Source: Candidatus Firestoneibacteriota bacterium (GTDB lineage Bacteria; Oederibacteriota; D2-FULL-39-29; JBBTED01). From it: a DNA stretch of 64,000 nucleotides. Below the pieces are notes generated by a model that did not search any database, was not told the DNA's origin, and was given only the letters and a program-made list of their open reading frames with translations. Location of the stretch: assembly GCA_038042445.1 (NCBI GenBank), contig JBBTED010000002.1:1-64000 (forward strand), written 5' to 3'. The position numbers and the translations under genes are program-made. Below are positions 48,882-57,679 of this stretch, piece by piece (position 1 is the first letter of the stretch; every line of letters begins with the position of its first letter).

Positions 48882-49203
48882 CAATTCTACCCTCTCTTTC
48901 TGATTTTCCACGGAGATAGTATAATTTTGCCCTTTTGACTTTCCCATGTTTTAAAACTTTAATTTTATCTATAGACGGGGAATACAAAGGTAATACTTTT
49001 TCTACGCCAACTCCATAAGAAACCTTCCGCACTGTAAAACTCTCATTTGTTCCACTACCTTTACGCGATATTACTATACCCTCAAAAACCTGAATGTGTT
49101 CTTTACCACTTTCACTTACTTTTAAATATACTCTAACTTGATCTCCCGGAAAAAATTTTTCAATTCGTGCGTGTTCTGTTTTTTGCTGTTCCATATTTAT
49201 CAT
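48826..49203 (-). CDS. rplS: 50S ribosomal protein L19
   Basis: [35 protein letters not shown]. Confidence 0.97.
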   Translation of the reverse strand: MINMEQQKTEHARIEKFFPGDQVRVYLKVSESGKEHIQVFEGIVISRKGSGTNESFTVRKVSYGVGVEKVLPLYSPSIDKIKVLKHGKVKRAKLYYLRGKSEREGRIDERKREVQVGSQGGGDSN

Positions 49204-49967
49204 CCTTCCTTTTTGATTTCTTTCAATAATTCTTTATCTTCTTTCGAAAGATTTGCCTGCTCTAATAAATCAGGTCTGTTAATTAATGTTTTTTTAATTT
49301 GTTCCTGCCTCCTCCATTTTTTTATCTTTTCATGATTACCTGATAATAATACCTCAGGTACTTTCAATCCTAAATATTCATCTGGTCTGGTATATTGTGG
49401 ATAATCCAATAAATCCTGAGAAAAAGATTCATTTAGAATTGACTTTTCATTACCCACAGCATTTGGTAATAATCTTACAATAGCATCAATAACTACCATA
49501 CAAGCAAATTCTCCACCACTTAAAATATAATCACCAATAGAAACATCATCTGTTGCTAAAAACTTTCTGACCCTTTCGTCTACTTCCTCATAATGACCAC
49601 AAATAAACATTAAATGTTTCTTTTTAGATAATTCCAATGCTTGGCTTTGTGTAAACTTTTTCCCGGATGGGGAAAGAACTATTATTCTATCGCTATCCTT
49701 TAATTTTAATTGAAATTGTTTCTTACTCATTTTATCTTTTGTCAACAAACAAGAAATAGCTTCAAAAATAGGTTCAGGCTTAAGAACCATGCCTTCTCCT
49801 CCACCATAAGGACAATCATCCGCAGTTTTGTGTTTATCATAAGTATAATCTCTTATGTTATGTATTTTTATCTTAACTATACCTTTTTCACAAGCTTTTT
49901 TTATTATACTATATTCTAATGTATTTTTAAAAATATCAGGAAAAAGCGTGAGAATATCTATTTGCAT
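49200..49967 (-). CDS. trmD: tRNA (guanine37-N1)-methyltransferase
   Basis: [36 protein letters not shown]. Confidence 0.97.
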   Translation of the reverse strand: MQIDILTLFPDIFKNTLEYSIIKKACEKGIVKIKIHNIRDYTYDKHKTADDCPYGGGEGMVLKPEPIFEAISCLLTKDKMSKKQFQLKLKDSDRIIVLSPSGKKFTQSQALELSKKKHLMFICGHYEEVDERVRKFLATDDVSIGDYILSGGEFACMVVIDAIVRLLPNAVGNEKSILNESFSQDLLDYPQYTRPDEYLGLKVPEVLLSGNHEKIKKWRRQEQIKKTLINRPDLLEQANLSKEDKELLKEIKKEG

Positions 49968-50201
49968 CTACTTGAGAATTTCAATCACAACTTTTTTGTA
50001 CAATTTTGATGCTGATGCGCCTGCTAATATACGAAGTGCTTTTATTATATGCCCTTCTTTTCCAATAACTCTTCCCATATCTTCCTGCGCAACTTTTAGC
50101 TCTATTATTGTAGTTTTCTCCCCTTCAAGAGCATTAACAACTACCTGTTCAGGGAAACAAACTAAGGATTTCACAACATATTCAACTAAATTTTTTAGCA
50201 T
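49968..50201 (-). CDS. khpA: KH domain RNA-binding protein
   Basis: DMGRVIGKEG; follows rpsP. Confidence 0.92.
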   Translation of the reverse strand: MLKNLVEYVVKSLVCFPEQVVVNALEGEKTTIIELKVAQEDMGRVIGKEGHIIKALRILAGASASKLYKKVVIEILK

Positions 50202-50225
50202 AAAATATCTTTATCCCTCTGAATT

Positions 50226-50507
50226 TTATCCTAATACGGGCTTTTTCTTACCTAACAAAAACTTAGAAAATATACCAGATTTTAAAAGAAAAGACTTTAC
50301 AGTATCTGAAGGCTGTGCACCCTGCCCAAGCCAGTATATACTTCTTTCTTCATTTAATTTGAATTTATTAATCGTTTCTGCTGGTTTATAAGTCCCAAGT
50401 ACTTCCAGAACTCTTCCAGCAAGTTTTTTACGTTTATCATTCACCACTATTCTGTAAAATGGCTTTTTAGTAGTTCCAATCCTTTTCAAACGTATCATTA
50501 CTGCCAA
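50226..50507 (-). CDS. rpsP: 30S ribosomal protein S16
   Basis: AVMIRLKR, PFYRIVV, GAQPSDTV; TTG start after an SD. Confidence 0.96.
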   Translation of the reverse strand: MAVMIRLKRIGTTKKPFYRIVVNDKRKKLAGRVLEVLGTYKPAETINKFKLNEERSIYWLGQGAQPSDTVKSFLLKSGIFSKFLLGKKKPVLG

Positions 50508-50550
50508 ATTTATCACCCCCTAATGAAATGTTAATTTTTAGATTCATACA

Positions 50551-50579
50551 ATGATAGTTTATAAACAAAATATCGTCAA
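50551..50579 (-). promoter_or_regulatory. sigma70 promoter of the rpsP operon
   Basis: TTGACG-17 bp-TATCAT. Confidence 0.7.
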
Positions 50580-50597
50580 GTAAAAAATAGGTAGAGT

Positions 50598-51311
50598 TTA
50601 CCCTTTTTTAATTAGGGAAGCGATTTTTTCTTTAGTTAGTGCTCTTCCACAGGTTCTTTGGCCTTCATCACAATACAAATAAAAATCGCATTTAGGTGTA
50701 AGATATTGGGCAATAATTGGGAATTTATTTTGCATTTCTTTTTTTACCAAACTCATAAGTTTTCTGATTTCCCATTGAGAACGATTACATAATCTATAGT
50801 GAGATACATGTATTAGATTACGCAAATTAGTTGTCCATATAACATTTGTTTTGCCTGCATTTGGAATGATAAACCTTGCATCTTCCTGAGATTGTTCTAA
50901 TGATTTACCTTTATCTTTCAAATTTTTAACCTCATTATTATAATAGTCTACAATTTGTTTAACAATATCTTTGAATTTTTCTTCATCCAAAGATGGAGGT
51001 ATAACAAAATAGTCATAATCACCAACATGGACATATCTTTGACTTTGCTGATTAAAAGCACCCATTCTATGCCTAACCAATTGATGAGAACAGGATCTTG
51101 ACATACCACTTATTCCAAATGTAAAATTCGCATGCTCCAAAACTGAACCATGCCCCTGTTTAACTAATTCGTTAAACAACCTATTTTTTAGTTTTTCGCT
51201 CCCTGCTTTTTCATAAGCCTCTTGTGGTGTTCCTTTTTGATAGCATAACAAAGCAGCAGCAACTGTAATTCTTTCTGGTTCTGGTGTATGTGTTAAAAGT
51301 TTGACTTCCAT
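50598..51311 (-). CDS. thyX: FAD-dependent thymidylate synthase
   Basis: GHGSVLEH, SHQLVRHRMGAFNQQSQRY, EDAR, QWEIR. Confidence 0.96.
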   Translation of the reverse strand: MEVKLLTHTPEPERITVAAALLCYQKGTPQEAYEKAGSEKLKNRLFNELVKQGHGSVLEHANFTFGISGMSRSCSHQLVRHRMGAFNQQSQRYVHVGDYDYFVIPPSLDEEKFKDIVKQIVDYYNNEVKNLKDKGKSLEQSQEDARFIIPNAGKTNVIWTTNLRNLIHVSHYRLCNRSQWEIRKLMSLVKKEMQNKFPIIAQYLTPKCDFYLYCDEGQRTCGRALTKEKIASLIKKG

Positions 51312-51323
51312 AATTATTATATA

Positions 51324-51341
51324 CTGAAACAAGTTCAGGAC
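51324..51341. repeat. Remnant CGTC-type arm upstream of thyX
   Basis: CTGAAACAAGTTCAGGAC. Confidence 0.65.
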
Positions 51342-51345
51342 AAAT

Positions 51346-51762
51346 TCACTTTGCTTTCTGATTCATTGTACGAAACATATTATAGACAAAAAGTAGTACT
51401 GAAATACCTTCGATTATATAAGATATAATTAATAATAATTGCCCAAAGTCGTCTTGTGATATTTTCAATATTGGCCACAAAACACCCATTCCAATTAAGC
51501 CAATATTTGCAAGCCAAAACTGAATATCTGCCATTTTAGGAGAATAAAGAGGAGTTCCGTTAAACCTCGGCAATATATGATAACCAACACCATATACCAT
51601 CATAGTCATCCAACCAAGCAACCCAAAATGCACATGTGTAAACAACAAAGCATCTATAACAATTCCATTATAATGCCATATTCCCATAACAACACCCAAA
51701 ACTGCAGCAAGTAAAAAATAAATAATTGATGCTTTTATAAATAATATTGTCGCTTTGCTCAT
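51346..51762 (-). CDS. Four-TM protein resembling a heme-copper oxidase subunit I fragment
   Basis: HVHFGLLGW..MMVYGVGYHILPRF; FWLANIG. Confidence 0.7.
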   Translation of the reverse strand: MSKATILFIKASIIYFLLAAVLGVVMGIWHYNGIVIDALLFTHVHFGLLGWMTMMVYGVGYHILPRFNGTPLYSPKMADIQFWLANIGLIGMGVLWPILKISQDDFGQLLLIISYIIEGISVLLFVYNMFRTMNQKAK

Positions 51763-51766
51763 AATT

Positions 51767-51798
51767 AATTCCCCCCTACCCCCCTTTAATAAAGGGGG
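51767..51798. repeat. C-rich hairpin repeat, intergenic
   Basis: AATTCCCCCCTACCCCCCTTTAATAAAGGGGG. Confidence 0.85.
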
Positions 51799-51809
51799 TA
51801 AAATTGTTT

Positions 51810-52661
51810 TTAAAATGATTCTCTTCCTATTCTATGGACAAAAGAACCAAATCGTTCATTGTTTTTTGATTCTTGTATATACAACTTTAAACATATCTCT
51901 AAAGATTGGACAACATCATTTTCATCAATAGTATCAAATAATTTAATTGCAAATTGTGGATGCCTTCCAAGTTTTCCTCCAATAAACACAGAATAACTTC
52001 TTTTTTTAGTAACTAATGCACACACAGGACAAACTTTTATACACGCAAAACATCCAACACATTTAGAATAATCAATTATAGGCAAAATGTCATCTTTTAT
52101 GTTTATAGCATTTTCTTTGCATTCTTCAATACAAAGTTTGCAATTTATACATTTACCATCTATCGCTTCTGGAAATACTTGTGCTATAACGCCAAAATCT
52201 TTTATCTGTGGCTGAGAACAAGCATTAGGACATTCTGATATAGAAACTCTAAATGTATGATGATACAATACAGGTCCATCTATTTTATCAATCAAAATGT
52301 CTGTAGTTTTCATTTCATCAAGTTTAGCCTGTAATTTGACAATCAAATTTCTAGAATCCGCCAAAGACAAAGGGCATAAATGCTTATCATTGCATCCTGT
52401 TATTTCATATAGTTTAGATTTATCCGCAACAATTTGCGTTTCACATTCACTATTAAAAGGTTTTTGCATTAAAGATACTAATTTTTCTGTATCTATACCT
52501 ACTTTTAAAAATATAAGTTTCTTTACTTCATCTACATCATTTTCTGTTACTCTTATTCTATCTTTAGAAACAACATATTCTTCCACTTTTTTCTTAGCCA
52601 AACTTCTTACAAATACAGGTACTTTTTTAATTCTCGCAAAAGCGTCAGTTTCCCATTCCAT
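51810..52661 (-). CDS. Nitrite/sulfite-reductase 4Fe-4S domain + 2x[4Fe-4S] ferredoxin protein with N-terminal PCP_red-like domain
   Basis: MEW...KVPVFVR; SECPNACS..QIKDFG; two CxxCxxCxxxC motifs; GGKLGRHP; ERFG. Confidence 0.82.
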   Translation of the reverse strand: MEWETDAFARIKKVPVFVRSLAKKKVEEYVVSKDRIRVTENDVDEVKKLIFLKVGIDTEKLVSLMQKPFNSECETQIVADKSKLYEITGCNDKHLCPLSLADSRNLIVKLQAKLDEMKTTDILIDKIDGPVLYHHTFRVSISECPNACSQPQIKDFGVIAQVFPEAIDGKCINCKLCIEECKENAINIKDDILPIIDYSKCVGCFACIKVCPVCALVTKKRSYSVFIGGKLGRHPQFAIKLFDTIDENDVVQSLEICLKLYIQESKNNERFGSFVHRIGRESF

Positions 52662-52669
52662 AATTATAG

Positions 52670-52888
52670 TTAATTTCCCTTTGTAATAGCCGCATTTAAT
52701 TCATTAACAAGAGTCTCTGGTTCAACATTGTGCATCATTGCGCCGAAACTTAATGACTCCATATTTATTCCAGCACAAGTAAAACATCCTCCTCCAAAAT
52801 ATTTTTCAATAACACTTTTTGTCTGAGGATATTTGGTAAGCACCTCACCTATCATCATATCTTTATTTATCTTAACAATATCAGCCAT
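52670..52888 (-). CDS. DUF1858 family protein
   Basis: INKDMMIGEVL..YP, GCFTC, ESL...MH. Confidence 0.85.
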   Translation of the reverse strand: MADIVKINKDMMIGEVLTKYPQTKSVIEKYFGGGCFTCAGINMESLSFGAMMHNVEPETLVNELNAAITKGN

Positions 52889-52901
52889 ATTACCTCACCT
52901 T

Positions 52902-53378
52902 TTAAGATACCCAGTCTTCTGAAAGAATATCACCTTTAATACCAACGACTATAGATTTAACTGGAATTTTGCGTTTACTCAAAGCAAGAGATTCTTGTGC
53001 AATAGCCACTAAACCAGCACAACAAGGAACCTCCATAGTCATTATTGTAATCGTATTCACCTGCGCATCTTCTATAAGAGATTTTATTTTCTCTACATAG
53101 CTCTCCTGTCCTTCATCTAATTTTGGACAAGCAATAGCAATAGTCTTGCCTTTTAAATAATCTTTATGAAAATCCCCAAGAGCATATCCTACACAATCTG
53201 CTGATATAAGTACATCAGCTTTTTGAAAATATGGAGCCTGTGGAGAAACCAAATGCAACTGAATAGGCCATTGCCTAAGTTGCGATGCTCTCTTACCTAT
53301 CTCATCTTTGACTTCACTTTCCTTTTCCCTGAAATCCTGCATTTTTGCACCGGGACAACCGCAATTTGACGCACTCAT
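52902..53378 (-). CDS. Iron-sulfur cluster-binding protein (stand-alone Cys-rich domain)
   Basis: CGCPG, SQLRQWPIQLHLV, ADC, ACPKLD, MEVPCCAGL. Confidence 0.8.
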   Translation of the reverse strand: MSASNCGCPGAKMQDFREKESEVKDEIGKRASQLRQWPIQLHLVSPQAPYFQKADVLISADCVGYALGDFHKDYLKGKTIAIACPKLDEGQESYVEKIKSLIEDAQVNTITIMTMEVPCCAGLVAIAQESLALSKRKIPVKSIVVGIKGDILSEDWVS

Positions 53379-54232
53379 TTTAATCTACCTCCTTTTGTAG
53401 TCGTTCGCCTAAGCAAACGTCTACCTTTAACTACACATTTATTAGTGTAATTTTCTAAATCCTCAATAAATTTCTTGTATTTTTTCGCTGCTTTTTCTCC
53501 TATATTCTTTTCTGCTTCATTAAATTTAGAGAATATTTCACCAACTTGTGTTATCAAAAGTCCTCTATCAATCCATGGATATAATATTTCGTCTTCTTTC
53601 TTTATATGTTGTGTTAGAAGTTTCTTATATTCCATAAGATGCTTAATAATTGCATTTTTATCGCCCTTTGTAAGGGCATCTACTATTGATTTAACATGAA
53701 ATCTACCTGCTTTATGATCTTCAAGCATCGTATTAATAATATCAAGATTGTTATCTACATATTTAAATAGAATATCCTCTTCTTTTGCATGATGAAATTT
53801 GTCCGCATAAGAACGTATAAAATCAACTATATTTACAATTAACTCTCTGCCAGATTTAGTTTTGACATCTAAAATCTCCATTATATATGGTATAAGTGCC
53901 AATAATTTTTTTATCAAAATATGTTCATCTACTAATCTTTTTATTGGAGGCGAATATTTAATTTCTTTATTGTCTATTTTTTTAGCACATGGTTTAATTT
54001 TGGGTTTTTTGATTTTTCTATCTGGATAAATGTTCTTTTCTATTAAATACATTAAATCTATTTTTTGAGCATCAGGAAGATTATGTATATTTACAACATC
54101 TTTTAAAAGGCAGGAACCAACACTACAAGGAACACATCCAATATTAAATTGTTCCAATATTGTTCCAACTTCAGTAAACCTCGTGATAACTTCTTTTATT
54201 GGTGTGTTCAAATATTTTTCCATATCATCCAA
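53375..54232 (-). CDS. Hemerythrin-domain protein with N-terminal DUF1858-like domain
   Basis: GCVPC; DEH, FHHAKEEDILF, EDH, QHIKKEDEILYP. Confidence 0.9.
   Translation of the reverse strand: MDDMEKYLNTPIKEVITRFTEVGTILEQFNIGCVPCSVGSCLLKDVVNIHNLPDAQKIDLMYLIEKNIYPDRKIKKPKIKPCAKKIDNKEIKYSPPIKRLVDEHILIKKLLALIPYIMEILDVKTKSGRELIVNIVDFIRSYADKFHHAKEEDILFKYVDNNLDIINTMLEDHKAGRFHVKSIVDALTKGDKNAIIKHLMEYKKLLTQHIKKEDEILYPWIDRGLLITQVGEIFSKFNEAEKNIGEKAAKKYKKFIEDLENYTNKCVVKGRRLLRRTTTKGGRLK
53397..53434. repeat. Decayed GTAG-type repeat in the hemerythrin C-terminus
   Basis: GTAGTCGTTCGCCTAAGCAAACGTCTAC...CTAC; related palindrome ATTCGCCTAGGCGAAT at 55612-55627. Confidence 0.6.
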
Positions 54233-54275
54233 CCTTCTTTCTATTTAAAATATACTAGATATTGAAATATTTGTA

Positions 54276-54291
54276 TGTGATTTAAGTCACT
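54276..54291. promoter_or_regulatory. Crp/Fnr-family (HcpR-like) binding site
   Basis: TGTGA-TTTAAG-TCACT between the regulator and the operon; centred at -41.5 if TATATT (54254-54249) is the -10. Confidence 0.8.
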
Positions 54292-54295
54292 ACTT

Positions 54296-54952
54296 TTAAA
54301 ATTCTTTTGGTTTTTCTTTGAAGAGTATAGAGATTTTTTTGCCCTGAATTTTGATTAGATTTTTTTTTTGTAATTGCTTTAATGCTCTGGAAATAACCTC
54401 ACGGACAGTACCCAATTTAGATGCAATATCCTGTTGAGATAATTTAAGCTCAATTATATTTGTTTTATTTTCATTTGCCAATTTCAGCAAAAACTGCGCA
54501 AGCCGTTTTGAAACATCCATTAAGGAAAGCTGACCTATTTTTTCCACAAGCAAATCAAGATACTTTGAAAAAGTATGCAACACTTTAAATGTTATATTAG
54601 AATTTTCTGCTAAAATTCTTAGCAAACCTGATTTTGAAATAAAAATTACTATAGAATCCTTCTTTGCCTCTGCATAAGCAGGATATTTACCATCTTCTAA
54701 AAAAATAGGTGCTCCACCAAATATTTCACCATCATTAACAAAATGCAATATATATTCTTTACCTTCTTCTGATAATTTGTATAATTTCAGCTCGCCTTTT
54801 TTTACAATATATATTCCCCTACATAATTCACCCTCTGAAAATACAATTTCGCCTTTATCAATTTTTAACTCTTTGCCTACAGAAAGAATTGCTTTTAAAT
54901 CCTTGTTTTCTAAGCCAGAGAAAAATGGTAATGCTTTAAGAGATTCTTCCAT
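54296..54952 (-). CDS. Crp/Fnr family transcriptional regulator (HcpR/Dnr-like)
   Basis: cNMP-like domain without the FNR Cys cluster; HTH IASKLGTVREVISRAL. Confidence 0.93.
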   Translation of the reverse strand: MEESLKALPFFSGLENKDLKAILSVGKELKIDKGEIVFSEGELCRGIYIVKKGELKLYKLSEEGKEYILHFVNDGEIFGGAPIFLEDGKYPAYAEAKKDSIVIFISKSGLLRILAENSNITFKVLHTFSKYLDLLVEKIGQLSLMDVSKRLAQFLLKLANENKTNIIELKLSQQDIASKLGTVREVISRALKQLQKKNLIKIQGKKISILFKEKPKEF

Positions 54953-54959
54953 TTCGATT

Positions 54960-55613
54960 TTATATAGAATGCCTGATATTTTGGATTGCTTTGACTATAT
55001 CTTTCTCGTGAAATATTGCAACTCCTGCCACAAGAATATTAGCACCAGCCTTAATAACTTCCAATGATGTTTGGGCATTTATCCCACCATCTACTTCTAT
55101 ATCAACATTTAAATGGTTCTTAACAATTTTGGAACGCAGGGTTTTTATTTTATTTAAACAATTATGTATAAATTTTTGTCCACCAAAACCAGGATTAACT
55201 GTCATTATTAAAACAATATCTACTTCAGACAATATATCTTCTATTAAATACAAAGGAGTTGCAGGATTTAATGCTACACCAGCTTTCATCCCACAATTTT
55301 TGATATGCTGTATAGTTTTATTCAAATGTTTACAGACTTCAACATGGACTGTTAATATTGAGCTACCTGCATTTTTGAAATCTTCTATATATCTATCCGG
55401 ATCATTTATCATTAAATGAACATCAAATGGCAATTTACATTTACCCCTCAAAGCTTTAATTACAGGCTGGCCTATTGTAATATTAGGCACAAAATTCCCA
55501 TCCATTACATCTATATGCAAAAAATCAGCACCTGCTTTTTCCACTTTTATAATATCTTTCAAAAGACAGGAAAAATTTGCAGCTAATATTGACGGCGAGA
55601 TTTTTATTTTCAT
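54960..55613 (-). CDS. rpe: Ribulose-phosphate 3-epimerase
   Basis: SPSIL, HIDVMDG, DVHLM, MTVNPGFGGQ, EVDGGI. Confidence 0.97.
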   Translation of the reverse strand: MKIKISPSILAANFSCLLKDIIKVEKAGADFLHIDVMDGNFVPNITIGQPVIKALRGKCKLPFDVHLMINDPDRYIEDFKNAGSSILTVHVEVCKHLNKTIQHIKNCGMKAGVALNPATPLYLIEDILSEVDIVLIMTVNPGFGGQKFIHNCLNKIKTLRSKIVKNHLNVDIEVDGGINAQTSLEVIKAGANILVAGVAIFHEKDIVKAIQNIRHSI

Positions 55614-55636
55614 TCGCCTAGGCGAATTCCCTTTGG

Positions 55637-56566
55637 TCATAGTTTACGTTCCTCCACTATACTATTATTTATATATATATTTGCGATTGCTTCTCCTTTA
55701 ACCTGAACACCAATTTCAATTTTTTCAGCCTGTTTACACATATTATTAAAAACTTCTTTTGTTCCACTATCATCAATTATAATTATTTTAACTCGTTTCT
55801 CTGTTTTATCAGCTTCGCCTGGAACTATAAAAAATATATTTGCATAGCGAAAAGTATTTTCTTTATATCCATTTGAAAAAATGGTGAGTTCTATTATATC
55901 TTCTTGCTTAACAGGAGAATTAGCTGGCGGATTTTGATTCATTATTACATCTTCACTTCCTTCTGCAGTATCAGCTATAATTATTTTGTAGGCAATTTTT
56001 GCTTTGCGCAAATTTGACTTTACTTCATTTATCTTTTTACCAATAAAACTTGGCATACAATACCACATATCCGCTTGACCATTTGAAATCAACAAATTCA
56101 CAGCAGACCCACGTTTAATAAGCGAACCTGCAACTGGTGACTGAGCTATTATTTCGTCCTTGCCTTTTTCATAGCTAAACACACTTGCAAGCATACCGGT
56201 TTTAAGCCCACATTGTTCCATAATTAAATTTGCCTGTCTTAAAGGACGTGATGTTATATCAGGCATATAAACTGTTTTTGAACCTTCACTTACAACCACA
56301 GAAATAACTCTTCCTTTTTTTACACGTTCACCTTCAGATGGTTCCTGAGAAACTATATGATTTGCTGGAATTGATTCATCATATCTTCTTTCATCTTCTT
56401 TTATTGAAAGTCCTTTGCTTTCACATAAAGTCTTTGCCTGCTCTATAGACAAACCTTTTATTGAAGGTATTATTACTTCACTACCACGAATTACCAATTT
56501 CATTGATACATAAGCAGTTATAAATACTATAAATAAAAAAAATATAGACAATAAAATTTTTTTCAT
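55637..56566 (-). CDS. PASTA domain protein (three repeats, TM anchor)
   Basis: Repeated P...G...(V/I)xQxP..G units. Confidence 0.9.
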   Translation of the reverse strand: MKKILLSIFFLFIVFITAYVSMKLVIRGSEVIIPSIKGLSIEQAKTLCESKGLSIKEDERRYDESIPANHIVSQEPSEGERVKKGRVISVVVSEGSKTVYMPDITSRPLRQANLIMEQCGLKTGMLASVFSYEKGKDEIIAQSPVAGSLIKRGSAVNLLISNGQADMWYCMPSFIGKKINEVKSNLRKAKIAYKIIIADTAEGSEDVIMNQNPPANSPVKQEDIIELTIFSNGYKENTFRYANIFFIVPGEADKTEKRVKIIIIDDSGTKEVFNNMCKQAEKIEIGVQVKGEAIANIYINNSIVEERKL

Positions 56567-57588
56567 AGATTTAACGCTCTAAGCTGGCCACAAGCAGCAC
56601 ATATATCACTACCTTTTTCATGCCTTACAGTTACAGTTATTTTATTATTTTCTAATACTTTCTTCCATTTTTCAACCTGCTCAATCTTAACTTTCTTATA
56701 CTCTACTCCAGAAACACAATTAAATGGAATAAGATTAACCTTGCATTTAATGTCTCCTGTTAAGGAAGCTAATTTCTTTATCTCTTTAAATGAATCATTA
56801 ACTTTATCAATTAAAGTATATTCAAAGGTAAGCTTACCACCAGTTATTTTAGGATATGTTTTAACAAGAGGTAAAAGCTTCCCCAACGGATATTTGTTAT
56901 TCACAGGCATAAGTTCACTTCTTATAATGTCATCTACAGAATGCAAAGAAACCGATAGATTTAATGGTATTTTCTCTTTTATTAATTTTTCAATGCCCGG
57001 AACAAAACCAACAGTAGATATTGTAATTTTGCGTGGTCCAATATTAAAAGCTTCTGGAGCCATTAATATAGATATTGCATTTAATGTTTCTGTGTAATTT
57101 TCCAATGGCTCACCCATTCCCATAAATACAATATTATTTATTTGAACTTTAGAATCTCTTTGCACAAGAATTAACTGGTCAAGAATTTCTGCACAAGTAA
57201 GATTCCTTTTAAAACCACTTAACCCAGTTGCACAAAAAATACAACCAAATTTACATCCTACCTGACTAGACACACAAAGTGTATTTCTGGCAGAATGAAA
57301 TAATAATACACATTCAATTTTTTCTTTATCTTCGCATTCCAGCAAATATTTTGTTGTTTTATCTATTGAAGAAATTTTTTTGCTAACTATTTTAAGTTCA
57401 TTCACACAACAATGCTCATTTAACATTTCTTTCAAATTCTTTGAAAGATTGGTCATCTCAGAAAAATTATATATATTCCTTTTATATAACCACTGCATTA
57501 TCTGAACAGCATTATATTTTTTTCCGCCAAGAGAAACAATTTTCTCTTCTAACTCTTTTTTGGGAATACCTTTGATATTAATTTTCAT
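56563..57588 (-). CDS. rlmN: 23S rRNA m2A2503/tRNA methyltransferase
   Basis: CVSSQVGCKFGCIFC, MGMGEP, NLIPFN, AACGQL. Confidence 0.97.
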   Translation of the reverse strand: MKINIKGIPKKELEEKIVSLGGKKYNAVQIMQWLYKRNIYNFSEMTNLSKNLKEMLNEHCCVNELKIVSKKISSIDKTTKYLLECEDKEKIECVLLFHSARNTLCVSSQVGCKFGCIFCATGLSGFKRNLTCAEILDQLILVQRDSKVQINNIVFMGMGEPLENYTETLNAISILMAPEAFNIGPRKITISTVGFVPGIEKLIKEKIPLNLSVSLHSVDDIIRSELMPVNNKYPLGKLLPLVKTYPKITGGKLTFEYTLIDKVNDSFKEIKKLASLTGDIKCKVNLIPFNCVSGVEYKKVKIEQVEKWKKVLENNKITVTVRHEKGSDICAACGQLRALNL

Positions 57589-57679
57589 AGATATTATAGT
57601 ATATCATAAAACAAAATTACTGTGTATAAACTTTTTTATGGAATTTGTACAAAAGGAAATGCTGCAAGAAAAATCAAAC

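Noticed and set aside
49855..50391. 178-aa plus-strand ORF and similar antisense ORFs throughout the window
   Set aside because: They lie antisense to well-conserved genes and show no recognisable motifs.
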